DNA from: a virus | Lineage: Duplodnaviria; Caudoviricetes | IMG/VR virus record: IMGVR_UViG_3300037780_000034 | Span: 32,001 to 96,000 of that record | DNA: 64,000 nucleotides | Direction: 5' to 3' (one strand) | Shown: in pieces, positions 28,178 through 38,026 of the stretch | Layout of the letters: each line of letters starts with the position of its first letter | Numbering within the stretch: position 1 is the stretch's first letter | Position numbers and translations under genes: made by a program | The notes under the pieces: model-generated | Database searches by the model: none | What the model was told of the DNA's origin: nothing | What the model saw: only the letters and a program-made list of their open reading frames with translations

Positions 28178-29905
28178 ATGAATTTACTATATGTAGATAT
28201 AATAAAAGAAAAATGTTTTAACAATGAAAAGTTAAATCCTCATACTAATAAAAAAGAATGGTGGATTAAAAATAACTTAGAACATATATACGATGATATA
28301 TTTGTTAATACAGCATTTTTACCTTTAAGTTCAAAAATAAATCAAAGAATATATACATATGTAAATAATTTAACAGAAACTCCCAAGTGTAAAAAATATG
28401 ATTGTAACAATAATGTTAATTGGCACAACGGCAAATATTTAACATATTGTTCTCCTAAATGCAATTCTTTGTCAACATTAGAAAAAAGAAAAGAAACTAA
28501 TTCAAAAAAATATGGTGTAGACAATCCTTTTAAATCAAAAGAAATTAAAGAAAAAATACGTGAAACTACCATAGAAAAATATGGCGTAGAAAATTTCTCA
28601 AAGACTGACAAATTTAAAAAAGAAATGTCTGAAAAATGGAAAAATAATAAAGAAGAATGGCTAGAAAAAAGAAATGAAAATATACAAAATTACGGATATA
28701 AGTATCCTTTTGAAAACAAAGAAATTTTAAAAAAATCTAAAGATACACTTTTTGAAAAATATGGAAAATATCACCCATTACAGGTAGAAGAAATATTGCA
28801 AAAAGTAAAAAATACAAATATAGAAAAATATGGAGTTTCTAATTTTTTACAAAAAGATATATCAAATGTTTTTTTAGAAAACAGAAATAATAAATTGTTT
28901 TTTGAAAATCTTTTAAAAACACATTCTATAAAACAAATTTCAATTATGTTCAATATATCTTACTCATTATTATGCCAAACATTAGTTAACTTGGATTTTA
29001 ATCTAGGGAATTATTCTGGAAATGAAGTAGAAATATTTGAATTTATATCAAAAGCTGTTAATACTAATATTATAAGAAACGACCGAAAACAATTAAACGG
29101 AAAAGAATTAGACATATATATTCCTGAATATAATTTAGCAATTGAGCATAATGGGATTTATTGGCATAGCGATGAAAAGATAGACAAAAATTATCATTTA
29201 AATAAAACCAAAGCTTGTGAAGAAAAAGGTATAAATTTAATTCATATATTTGAACACGAATGGTTGAATAAAAAAGAAATAGTAAAAAGTATATTAAATT
29301 CAAAGTTTAATAAAACAAGAAAAATATATGCAAGGAATTGTATTGTTAAAAAAGTAGAAAAAAAAGTAGAAAAGAGTTTTTTAGAAAAAAATCATATACA
29401 ATCATACTATCATTCTGCTGTATGTTATGGTTTATATTACGATGAAGAACTTGTTCAATTGATGAGTTTTGGAATTCCAAGATTTGGAAAAAAATATCAA
29501 TGGGAATTGTTAAGGTTATCCACAAAATTAAATATTTCTGTTATTGGCGGTTCTTCAAAGCTTTTTAACAGGTTTATAATTGAATATGATCCAGATAATA
29601 TTGTTTCTTATTGTGACGTAAGATACTTTAGTGGAAATATATATTCAACACTTGGATTTAACTTTTTACATATCAGTAGTCCTAATTATTATTACGTTAA
29701 TAAGAATGGTGAATTTGGAAGTAGATACAAGTTTCAAAAACATAAACTAAAAACAATATTAAAAAATTATGACAATATGTTATCAGAATGGCAAAATATG
29801 AAAAGCAATGGATATAGTAGAATATGGGATTGTGGAAATAAAGTATATATTTACCAAAAGAAAATAAATAATGGTATAGCAATGGAGACCTGCAATGAAG
29901 CGTAA
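28178..29905 (+). CDS. second free-standing Hef-like homing endonuclease
   Basis: CKKYDC..YCSPKC Zn motif, KYG repeats, ELDIYIPEYNLAIEHNGIYWH, WELLRL, GGSSKL, WDCGN. Confidence 0.75.
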   Translation: MNLLYVDIIKEKCFNNEKLNPHTNKKEWWIKNNLEHIYDDIFVNTAFLPLSSKINQRIYTYVNNLTETPKCKKYDCNNNVNWHNGKYLTYCSPKCNSLSTLEKRKETNSKKYGVDNPFKSKEIKEKIRETTIEKYGVENFSKTDKFKKEMSEKWKNNKEEWLEKRNENIQNYGYKYPFENKEILKKSKDTLFEKYGKYHPLQVEEILQKVKNTNIEKYGVSNFLQKDISNVFLENRNNKLFFENLLKTHSIKQISIMFNISYSLLCQTLVNLDFNLGNYSGNEVEIFEFISKAVNTNIIRNDRKQLNGKELDIYIPEYNLAIEHNGIYWHSDEKIDKNYHLNKTKACEEKGINLIHIFEHEWLNKKEIVKSILNSKFNKTRKIYARNCIVKKVEKKVEKSFLEKNHIQSYYHSAVCYGLYYDEELVQLMSFGIPRFGKKYQWELLRLSTKLNISVIGGSSKLFNRFIIEYDPDNIVSYCDVRYFSGNIYSTLGFNFLHISSPNYYYVNKNGEFGSRYKFQKHKLKTILKNYDNMLSEWQNMKSNGYSRIWDCGNKVYIYQKKINNGIAMETCNEA

Positions 29906-30155
29906 AACAAAATCTATTTTAGAAGAACTCAATTCAATAAGTGACTCGTATGAATCTTCTTATTTAATTGAAAATACTGGAACAAATCTTATTGCAGGAA
30001 TTTCTAATCTTATAAATTTAATTAAAGAAAATTATGATGAAGAAATATCAAATGATTTAGAAAAAAGACTAATCAATAGTATAAAATCAGGTGATGAAAC
30101 AAAATTTATAAGAGGCGTTTACGCTGCAAGAAATAAAATAAATTCTAAAAAATAA
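29895..30155 (+). CDS. hypothetical protein
   Basis: 86 aa; GGAG RBS inside the upstream ORF. Confidence 0.75.
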   Translation: MKRKTKSILEELNSISDSYESSYLIENTGTNLIAGISNLINLIKENYDEEISNDLEKRLINSIKSGDETKFIRGVYAARNKINSKK

Positions 30156-30158
30156 AAC

Positions 30159-30166
30159 TATAAATA
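30159..30166 (+). promoter_or_regulatory. late promoter TATAAATA
   Basis: Exact match. Confidence 0.7.
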
Positions 30167-30216
30167 ATATTATAGGTTAAAGTTATAGAATAATTTTACA
30201 AATAAGGACAAAATTT

Positions 30217-30942
30217 ATGAATTTAGAATTTATAAAAGATTTAAATGAAAGCAGTCAATATAGAACTAGCTATTCATTAAGAAACACTAATGCAAGAAAC
30301 ATAGCAGATCACGCATTTATGGATTTAATTTCATTATGGATATTATATAATGAATATGAATATGCTCCAATGGCATTAGAATATGCCAGAAAAACAGTTT
30401 CTTTTGGAAATTTTAATTCATATAGACAAAGCGGAACTGACTTGTATATAACGTTAAATGTATTATCTACAAAAAATTATACAGTATTGGGTGGAAGTGA
30501 AGCAGATAAATTATTTTTAGAAAATATGTTTATACCTACACAGAAAATAATTCAATATTTAAGAAAAATTTCATCAAATAGCTTGAATGCAATGTTTGCA
30601 AGGCAGTTATTACAAGAAGCAGAAAGAAGTTTAAAAATTTCAAATAGTAATTATAGAAGTATACGAAGAATGGCGCAAAATTGGGGTATACTAACTGAAA
30701 CACAAAAATCACTGGTTATAACACGATTAGTTCAATATTATCGTGCAAATGCAAGAAAGAGTGAATTATTTTATCTTATATCAAAGTTGTCAACCGAAAA
30801 AGGATATAAAATAGATGATGCTGTTGATGCAGAAAATAAAGATAGCAGAAGTATGAGTTCTGCTGCAAAGCTTGCTCTTTTAGGAGCAACTACTGTTGCA
30901 TCATATCACATAGGTAAAAATATAGCAAAAAGCTTACTATAA
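30217..30942 (+). CDS. hypothetical, probable virion protein
   Basis: 241 aa, late; hydrophobic C-terminal helix. Confidence 0.8.
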   Translation: MNLEFIKDLNESSQYRTSYSLRNTNARNIADHAFMDLISLWILYNEYEYAPMALEYARKTVSFGNFNSYRQSGTDLYITLNVLSTKNYTVLGGSEADKLFLENMFIPTQKIIQYLRKISSNSLNAMFARQLLQEAERSLKISNSNYRSIRRMAQNWGILTETQKSLVITRLVQYYRANARKSELFYLISKLSTEKGYKIDDAVDAENKDSRSMSSAAKLALLGATTVASYHIGKNIAKSLL

Positions 30943-30956
30943 CAAAAGGCTTAAAA

Positions 30957-31400
30957 ATGAATTCAGATAATATAATATCTGATAGTCGTGGGTTGTATGT
31001 TTTATATACGCTCATAGATATAACAGATACGCAAATAACAGACACACGAATTTCACAATCAAAAGAATACAATCAATCTCAAAATTTAAATGTTTTACTT
31101 CAAGTAATAGGATTAAGGTGCCAACCAATAAATTATAAGGTTACAGAATTAAAAAAAGAAAATATGACATCTTATACTTTTGGATCAAAATATAAATCTT
31201 TACAAACTGTTTGGAAACTAGAATTTGAAGTTGACAGAGAAGATGTATGGAAAAAAGATGATGATGACGTTTTCTACTTAAAAGAAGATATTAATGAAAT
31301 TGTCATAACAACTGATCTAAATGAAACGTGTAAAATAAAAACTGCGTGTTTTGACTCTTTTTCTTTTGAATTCAAAAACATAACATTTAATAAAATGTGA
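30957..31400 (+). CDS. hypothetical protein
   Basis: 147 aa. Confidence 0.75.
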   Translation: MNSDNIISDSRGLYVLYTLIDITDTQITDTRISQSKEYNQSQNLNVLLQVIGLRCQPINYKVTELKKENMTSYTFGSKYKSLQTVWKLEFEVDREDVWKKDDDDVFYLKEDINEIVITTDLNETCKIKTACFDSFSFEFKNITFNKM

Positions 31401-31454
31401 TTTTGTTCTAAATAAATAAAGAACAAACAAAGTTCTTTATTTAGGAGAAGTCAT

Positions 31455-31712
31455 ATGCAACAAGACTATAAAGATATATCAGAATTAAAAACTGAAGTAG
31501 CAGTTGTAAAAGAAAGACAGCGCATAATTGACGAAAGATTGAGTGAGATAGTAGAATCAAATAAATCTATTTCTGCTGAATTAAAAAAGATGCACGAAGA
31601 AAATTCCAATCCTAAAAAAGAATTTGTTACAATAGTAGTTCGTTCTTCTGCTATGGTTATTGCTTCACTTATGGCAACTATAATAACTATGCTGATAATG
31701 TTTAAAAAATAA
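31455..31712 (+). CDS. coiled-coil protein with C-terminal TM (XhlA/holin-like)
   Basis: LKTEVAVVKER coil then a TM helix; AGGAG RBS. Confidence 0.65.
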   Translation: MQQDYKDISELKTEVAVVKERQRIIDERLSEIVESNKSISAELKKMHEENSNPKKEFVTIVVRSSAMVIASLMATIITMLIMFKK

Positions 31713-31727
31713 GGTGAGGATATTAAA

Positions 31728-32027
31728 ATGCCAATGTCAATTGATAAAAAAATAGAAAAACTTGAAGAAGAAAATGAAGAATTTCGTGATGCAATTGGAT
31801 GTATCAAAACCGATTTAGCAGTTATTAAAGAAAAATATCAATCAATGAATGATAAAATTTCTATTATAGATGATAACTTTAACCGAGTTATTCAGTCAAT
31901 GGAAACCCTTAGAGTAGAAAATAACAACCAGCACAAGGCAATGATTAAAACTTTAATAGCAGGAACAGTAACACTAGCTACAAGTATAATAGGGGCAATA
32001 TCTGTAATAATAGCTGCTATATTATAA
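31728..32027 (+). CDS. coiled-coil protein with C-terminal TM (paralog of the previous gene)
   Basis: IKTDLAVIKEK coil then a TM helix. Confidence 0.65.
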   Translation: MPMSIDKKIEKLEEENEEFRDAIGCIKTDLAVIKEKYQSMNDKISIIDDNFNRVIQSMETLRVENNNQHKAMIKTLIAGTVTLATSIIGAISVIIAAIL

Positions 32028-32050
32028 ATACTTTATTATAGGAACAAAAT

Positions 32051-32149
32051 ATGAAACCAGCTATATATAAAAAAATTGTATGGACTAAAAAAGATGGGAA
32101 ACTGTCTAAAAAATTTATATGTCATTGTTCCAGTAAAAATAAAGGATAA
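32051..32149 (+). CDS. 32-aa basic mini-ORF
   Basis: MKPAIYKKIVWTKKDGKLSKKFICHCSSKNKG; AGGA RBS; fills the intergenic gap; not in track. Confidence 0.4.
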   Translation: MKPAIYKKIVWTKKDGKLSKKFICHCSSKNKG

Positions 32150-32155
32150 TTTATT

Positions 32156-32620
32156 ATGAATTTGTTTGAAGCTGCTAAAAAAAACAAAACAGACATTCCA
32201 ACTGCTATATCAAAATTATTGAAAAGATATTTTTCAATAGAACTGGAACCGGATGATGTTCGTAGCTCAATTAAAAATATGTCTCTTGTTGATATCATTG
32301 AATTAGATAATGCCATATCGTCAAAAGATATAGATAGAATTGAAGATATTTTAAAATCTGACATAAAGTTAGAGTATACTATGCCAAATAGAGGACAACT
32401 TATTTCAAAGGCAAGTGAAACTCCAAAACCAAATAAAGTATCATCTGAAATCAAAACTACAGACACAACTGATTCAAATAACAAGGATACGAATAACAAA
32501 GATACAGACAGTTCAACTTCCATAAGTTCTATGGGACCAAGTGAATTAAAAAATCAAAAAGAAATAGATGATGCAACCGCAGAAATCGAAAAATTAAAAA
32601 AAATTGCTGGTGTAAAATGA
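32156..32620 (+). CDS. hypothetical protein
   Basis: 154 aa. Confidence 0.75.
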   Translation: MNLFEAAKKNKTDIPTAISKLLKRYFSIELEPDDVRSSIKNMSLVDIIELDNAISSKDIDRIEDILKSDIKLEYTMPNRGQLISKASETPKPNKVSSEIKTTDTTDSNNKDTNNKDTDSSTSISSMGPSELKNQKEIDDATAEIEKLKKIAGVK

Positions 32621-32832
32621 AATCTATACTTTTAAGCGGCGGGATAAATGTTTTTTTGAATAACGAAGAATGGGATTTGTTAGAAGCAAACAAAGATAAA
32701 CCAATATATAGAAAAAAATTAAAAGAACGAGAAGCATTGATAGCAGAAAGATTACATAAACGTGGTATTTTGAAAATAAAAAGAGAAAATAACGAGATAT
32801 ATTATAAAATAAACAAAAATGGATTTATATAA
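32617..32832 (+). CDS. hypothetical protein (winged-helix-like)
   Basis: 71 aa; AERLHKRGILK. Confidence 0.7.
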   Translation: MKSILLSGGINVFLNNEEWDLLEANKDKPIYRKKLKEREALIAERLHKRGILKIKRENNEIYYKINKNGFI

Positions 32833-33328
32833 TATGAAATTAAGTATGTCTGAACTTAGCAAGAATTTTGAAAAAGTAGTAAATGATACTATTAATGATT
32901 TAGTGTCAGAAAGTTTTTACAATTATGATGCAAAGCTTGCGTTGTCATCAGGCAAAATATCAGATAATGTTATAAAGGTAGAAAATTTTATTATAAGATT
33001 AAAAAAAGAAGACATACATGGAACTGATAAAATATTTTACGATATATATGACGAAAAACATAATAAGCTAATTGCCAAAAATATATCTCTTTTTATAACT
33101 GTTTTATATATTATAAAAAACTATAAAAATAACACATTTTGCACTGAATTACAAAATATTATTAATTTAGATAAATCTTACAAAATAAAATTTTGTGATG
33201 TTGCATTTCAAAAAAGAATGATTAAAGAAACGTTAAACAAAGAAAAACGTGAAATATATAACGCAAAGTATAATGGCAACATAGATGCACTTGGTCGTAT
33301 AAAATCACAAATAATAAAAATAACATAA
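32819..33328 (+). CDS. hypothetical protein
   Basis: 169 aa. Confidence 0.7.
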   Translation: MDLYNMKLSMSELSKNFEKVVNDTINDLVSESFYNYDAKLALSSGKISDNVIKVENFIIRLKKEDIHGTDKIFYDIYDEKHNKLIAKNISLFITVLYIIKNYKNNTFCTELQNIINLDKSYKIKFCDVAFQKRMIKETLNKEKREIYNAKYNGNIDALGRIKSQIIKIT

Positions 33329-33348
33329 ATAAAAGTATAAAACTTATT

Positions 33349-34107
33349 ATGGAGATAAAATCAATGTTTTTAAAAGAATTTGATACAAACAAAGAAAAAT
33401 TTAACAAAATACAAACATACCTAAAAGAAAATTTTAAGTTTGAAATTGCAACTGAAAAGCTTAATGAAATTAAAGCTGACAGACTAATAGAACGTTCAGA
33501 GAATAGATTAAAAACAGTTAATCAAAAAACAAATCCAAAAGAATACACCAAACTAAAGTTGGTTTCAGAAGGATTAAAATTATGGAAACTAACTGAACAA
33601 GAAGAAGATTCTGGGGATATGGATGAAGCAAGAATAATTTTATCTGCCGAAGAAATAACTACAAAATTACAAGATATGGTTGAAAAAATTGCAGAACTTC
33701 AAGTTCAAAAACTAATTCCAATTGTTGATAAGATGAAAGAAGAATTAGGACCAAATGAAGCCGCACGTTTTAATCAAATAGCAGATTCTTCATTAGCAGA
33801 ATTATTAAACATAGCTAAGTCAACAAAAGATAAAATTTCTACTGCAATAGTTCAAGTTTCAAGTGGAACTACTTCAATGGATCAAGATATGGGAATGCAA
33901 CAGTCACAAGGATTAGATTCTCTTGATGATATGGGCGATGATGGATTTGATGGTGATGATGCAGTTTCTGGTGATATAGGTCCAGAAGGTAGAAAAATGA
34001 AAGGTGAAAGCATAGATTTTGAAGATGCACTTTTATTACTAAAAGAAGCAACAAAAGATGGCAAAATTTCAAGAAAAGATTTTAATAAAATAATTGGCAA
34101 GAAATAA
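33349..34107 (+). CDS. acidic helical protein, possible prohead core/scaffold
   Basis: D/E-rich stretches, LxE motifs, upstream CATAAATA. Confidence 0.55.
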   Translation: MEIKSMFLKEFDTNKEKFNKIQTYLKENFKFEIATEKLNEIKADRLIERSENRLKTVNQKTNPKEYTKLKLVSEGLKLWKLTEQEEDSGDMDEARIILSAEEITTKLQDMVEKIAELQVQKLIPIVDKMKEELGPNEAARFNQIADSSLAELLNIAKSTKDKISTAIVQVSSGTTSMDQDMGMQQSQGLDSLDDMGDDGFDGDDAVSGDIGPEGRKMKGESIDFEDALLLLKEATKDGKISRKDFNKIIGKK

Positions 34108-34490
34108 TGAGACTATATCAACTACTTGAAAAAGATATATATACTACTGATTTAGAAGATGATATAGTAAACTTACTAACTATATCATCTTCTAAAGGAT
34201 ATAACAAAGTAAAAACATCAAAACTAGTAAAAGATTTAAGAAATCTAGGATATGATGTAACCCCAAAAACTATTCAATCTTTATTAAATGATTTAGACAT
34301 AATCACAAGTGCAGATGATAATTTTATAGAAATATCTACTGACATTCCAGATGAGGGAGACTCTGATTTTTCTGGAATTGATGATTTAGATATAGAAACA
34401 AATACATCGTTTGACATACAAGACACAGATGAACCAGACGAAATTGATCGCGCTGCACAACGTCAGGCTGCAAAGGACATTGCAAAATGA
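34107..34490 (+). CDS. acidic hypothetical protein
   Basis: 127 aa. Confidence 0.75.
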   Translation: MRLYQLLEKDIYTTDLEDDIVNLLTISSSKGYNKVKTSKLVKDLRNLGYDVTPKTIQSLLNDLDIITSADDNFIEISTDIPDEGDSDFSGIDDLDIETNTSFDIQDTDEPDEIDRAAQRQAAKDIAK

Positions 34491-34804
34491 TTCCAACATT
34501 AAATTCCGAAACTGCAAATATAATATCAAAATATGACTTGACTGTATTTGATGAAATAACAGCTATTTCAAGAACTATATTAACTCAAAGCTTAGGTGGA
34601 AATGTTAGTGCTGTAATAAGCACAGGAACAACTATGACAACTACTACTTTATACTATGAAGTATGGAATAATATAACAGAAAATAGAAAAGTGTCAGAAC
34701 AACTAGACTCAATAATAAAATATTTTGAAAAAATAGGATATCATATTATTATAAGATTAAATACTTCAACATCAAACACTATAATTTGGGAAGTTAATTG
34801 GTAA
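34487..34804 (+). CDS. hypothetical protein
   Basis: 105 aa. Confidence 0.75.
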   Translation: MIPTLNSETANIISKYDLTVFDEITAISRTILTQSLGGNVSAVISTGTTMTTTTLYYEVWNNITENRKVSEQLDSIIKYFEKIGYHIIIRLNTSTSNTIIWEVNW

Positions 34805-34811
34805 AAACTTC

Positions 34812-34840
34812 TTGACAAACTAACAATGTTATGATACTAT
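34812..34840 (+). promoter_or_regulatory. sigma70-like promoter
   Basis: TTGACA-17-TACTAT. Confidence 0.75.
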
Positions 34841-34846
34841 TGTAAA

Positions 34847-35533
34847 ATGATAAAAATTAACAACAAATACAATTATACTCAATTTTCAAGAGAAGATTCG
34901 GACAATGGTAGATTATACCTTGTTAACGAAACAAAGTTGCCAAGTGTAACGACTATACTAAGTAAGACAAAACCTGCTGAATCTGTTAAAAAGTTAAATG
35001 AATGGAAACAAAGAGTTGGAATACAAGAAGCAAAAAAGATTACAAAAGAAGCATCTGACGTAGGAACTCTGGTTCATAATATTTTAGAAGCTTGGATATT
35101 AAACAAAGAATTTCCTATAGGAAATAATTTAATACATAAACAAGCAAAAAATATGGCAGACATTATAAAAAAAAATATTGAAAACGATATTACTGAAGTA
35201 TGGGGAAGTGAAGTTAGCCTATATTATCCAGATTTATATGCAGGAACTTCAGATTTAATAGGATTATGGAAAAATGTTCCTACGATAATGGACTTCAAAC
35301 AAACAAATAAACCCAAACAACGTGAATGGATTGGAGATTATTTTTTGCAACTTGCTGCATACGCAGAAGCACATAATGTATTATATGATACTGACATAAA
35401 TCAAGGAGTGGTATTTATGTGTTCCAGAGAAGGAGAATTTCAAAAATTTGAAGTATCTGGTGCTGAATTTGAATATTGGAAAAATGAGTGGGCAAATAGA
35501 ATTAATAAATATTACAATATAAGTGAGATATAA
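34847..35533 (+). CDS. PD-(D/E)XK exonuclease (Cas4/AddB-like)
   Basis: LPSVTTIL, GTLVH, SEV, YAGTSDL, IMDFKQ, QLAAYA. Confidence 0.85.
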   Translation: MIKINNKYNYTQFSREDSDNGRLYLVNETKLPSVTTILSKTKPAESVKKLNEWKQRVGIQEAKKITKEASDVGTLVHNILEAWILNKEFPIGNNLIHKQAKNMADIIKKNIENDITEVWGSEVSLYYPDLYAGTSDLIGLWKNVPTIMDFKQTNKPKQREWIGDYFLQLAAYAEAHNVLYDTDINQGVVFMCSREGEFQKFEVSGAEFEYWKNEWANRINKYYNISEI

Positions 35534-36233
35534 TATGACTGATACTTTAATAGCAAAAGTTCAATTAAGAAATGGAAACATTGCAGACTTACCGATTTTA
35601 TCAGAAGCTGAACTTGCATATGCAACTGACCAAACCCGACTATTTGTAGGAAATTTAGAATATACAATCGGAACAGGTAATGGTGTATTAACTACATTTA
35701 ATATACCATCTACAAGCAATGTTCCTATTCCAGCTACAAATACTGAATTTATTAAGTTTTATGTTAATGGTGTAGAAAGAAGTGACGTTGTAGTAGGTGG
35801 AACAACTGTGACATTTTCAGTTGCACCAGCAGATACTACCACTATAACTATGAAATATAATTCAGAAATAAAATTATTAAATTCTTCAATAAATCCAAAT
35901 TCATTGCTTTTAAGTGCTTCTGTTACTGTAGACTTTCAAGATACTGGATTTGCGATAGATGCAAATATATATGACACGGTTTTTATAAATTATAGTATAA
36001 AAATGCTTGATGGGTCTGATAACATAACTGGATATAGAATAGGAACTATTAAAGCAATAGTTGATCTAGAAGGGGATGACTATATTCTTGATGACTCCTA
36101 CACATCTTTTAACAATGATAACTCTGTTTTATTTGACGGTAGAATACAAGATGGAATATTTTACTTAACATATAAAAATAGTTCTTCATCATCTGCAACA
36201 CTTAAATATAAATTTGAAACATGGAAGATGTAA
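35523..36233 (+). CDS. virion structural protein (tail fibre/baseplate-type N-terminus)
   Basis: KVQLRNG..LP.L..AELAYATDQTRLFVGN. Confidence 0.6.
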   Translation: MRYNMTDTLIAKVQLRNGNIADLPILSEAELAYATDQTRLFVGNLEYTIGTGNGVLTTFNIPSTSNVPIPATNTEFIKFYVNGVERSDVVVGGTTVTFSVAPADTTTITMKYNSEIKLLNSSINPNSLLLSASVTVDFQDTGFAIDANIYDTVFINYSIKMLDGSDNITGYRIGTIKAIVDLEGDDYILDDSYTSFNNDNSVLFDGRIQDGIFYLTYKNSSSSSATLKYKFETWKM

Positions 36234-36703
36234 CATTCTATAAAGAAATCTGGTTAAAGCCTCCACACGAACGTCTCAAAATAATAAGAAAAATTAGAAA
36301 ACAATATAATTTTGTCAATGAACAAAAACTTGTTTCTGATGTTTGGGATTTATGGAAAACTTGTCCAGAAAAAAGTAAAATAGTTGATCCATATGACGTA
36401 AAGTCTTGGTTAACATTGTGGGAAATAATTTCTATAGGAGAAATATGTAAATATTCCAGTGCGTTAGCAGCTTCATATATGATCCATTATATGAATCCTT
36501 CTATAAAAATTGTTATATGTAGAGTTTATGATAAAATACAAAATGATATATACATTACATCATTAATTAATGATACTTATATTATACTACCACATAATCA
36601 AGAGGTTCAGCTATGGGATTCTATAAAAGAAAATATAAAAATACAAGAAGTATGGAATATTTCAGAAGTAATAGACATAGTTAACCATCAAATAACAACA
36701 TAA
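36221..36703 (+). CDS. hypothetical protein
   Basis: 160 aa. Confidence 0.7.
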   Translation: MEDVTFYKEIWLKPPHERLKIIRKIRKQYNFVNEQKLVSDVWDLWKTCPEKSKIVDPYDVKSWLTLWEIISIGEICKYSSALAASYMIHYMNPSIKIVICRVYDKIQNDIYITSLINDTYIILPHNQEVQLWDSIKENIKIQEVWNISEVIDIVNHQITT

Positions 36704-36770
36704 TTAAATAATGCAGCTTATATATTAAGTTGCATATATATTTTTATTTTTTAAATAGAAAGTGAAAAAG

Positions 36771-38009
36771 ATGATAAAATATGTAATTAAAAGAAATGGA
36801 TCAACTGAACCATTTAATCGTGAAAAGATTACTGCTGCTGTTCAAAAAGCTATGAAATCAATAAACATAAAAAGTAAAACATTAGGCATAGAAATAACTG
36901 ATGAAGTATTAGAAAGATTTAAAGAAACTGACGAAACTGTTGTGGTTGATACTATACATAAAACTGTAGAAAATGTTATTATGGATATGGGACTACATAA
37001 TTTGGCAAGAGAATACATTGTTTATCGTGTTTCTAATATGCCAGACATATTTAGAAAAAGAACAAATTTAAAACCATATGAGTATCCACAATTAATAGAA
37101 TATTTAGATGCAATTCGCCATTCATATTGGGTACACAGTGAGTTTAATTATTCTTCTGATGTTCAAGATATGAAAGTAAGAATGAAACCAGAAGAAGCAG
37201 AAATAGTTAAAAAAGCTATGTTGGCTATTGCTCAAATAGAAGTTCAAGTAAAAACATTTTGGGCAAAAATAGGCGATAAGATGCCAAAACCAGAAGTTCA
37301 AGCAGTAGGTATTACTTTTGGAGAAAGCGAAGTAAGACATGCAGATGCATATTCAAATCTTTTAGAAATTATGGGATTGAATGAAGAATTTAAAACATTA
37401 GTAGATGTGCCTGCTATCAAAAAAAGAATAGAATATCTTGAACAATCTATTCAAACCCCAGTAGATAATAAAGATTATTTTTATAAAGTAATTTTATTCT
37501 CAATGTTTGTAGAAAACGTATCACTTTTTTCTCAGTTTTTGATAATGATGGCATTTAACAAACATAAAAATCTTCTTAAAGGTATATCAAATGCAGTAGA
37601 AGCAACCTCAAAAGAAGAAGATGTTCACGCAAGATTTGGATTTGAACTGGTTAATATAATAAAACAAGAAAATCCAAGCTGGTGGGATAAAGAAACTATA
37701 GCGAATGTGAACCGTCTATGTAAAGATGCATATAAGGCAGAATCTGCTATAGTTGATTGGATTTATGGCGAATATGATTTAGACTTTTTGCCAAAAGAAA
37801 CTGTGAAAGAATTTTTAAAACACAGATTTAATCAATCATTAAAATCAATAGGATTAAAGTCCTTATATGAAGTTGATGAAAAAGCCATTAAAGATACTGA
37901 ATGGTTTGTTGAAGAAATATTAAGCACAAAAAATATAGACTTCTTTGTAAAAAGAAGCACCGCATATAGTAAAAAAACAAAATCATTTTCAGAAGATGAT
38001 TTATTTTAA
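36771..38009 (+). CDS. nrdB: ribonucleotide reductase beta subunit, class Id-type, with N-terminal ATP-cone
   Basis: VIKRNG..EPFN.EKI cone; metal-site motifs IEVQVK, ESEVRHADAY, ENVSLFSQF, KEEDVH. Confidence 0.9.
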   Translation: MIKYVIKRNGSTEPFNREKITAAVQKAMKSINIKSKTLGIEITDEVLERFKETDETVVVDTIHKTVENVIMDMGLHNLAREYIVYRVSNMPDIFRKRTNLKPYEYPQLIEYLDAIRHSYWVHSEFNYSSDVQDMKVRMKPEEAEIVKKAMLAIAQIEVQVKTFWAKIGDKMPKPEVQAVGITFGESEVRHADAYSNLLEIMGLNEEFKTLVDVPAIKKRIEYLEQSIQTPVDNKDYFYKVILFSMFVENVSLFSQFLIMMAFNKHKNLLKGISNAVEATSKEEDVHARFGFELVNIIKQENPSWWDKETIANVNRLCKDAYKAESAIVDWIYGEYDLDFLPKETVKEFLKHRFNQSLKSIGLKSLYEVDEKAIKDTEWFVEEILSTKNIDFFVKRSTAYSKKTKSFSEDDLF

Positions 38010-38026
38010 TAAAGGAGAACACACTA

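Noticed and set aside
34847-35533. Cas4 as part of a CRISPR-Cas locus
   Set aside because: No cas1/cas2 or array nearby; a solo PD-(D/E)XK exonuclease is common in large phages.
36713-36735. NrdR box upstream of nrdB
   Set aside because: The inverted repeat TGCAGCTTA/TAAGTTGCA followed by a T-rich tract fits a hairpin or terminator better than the NrdR consensus.
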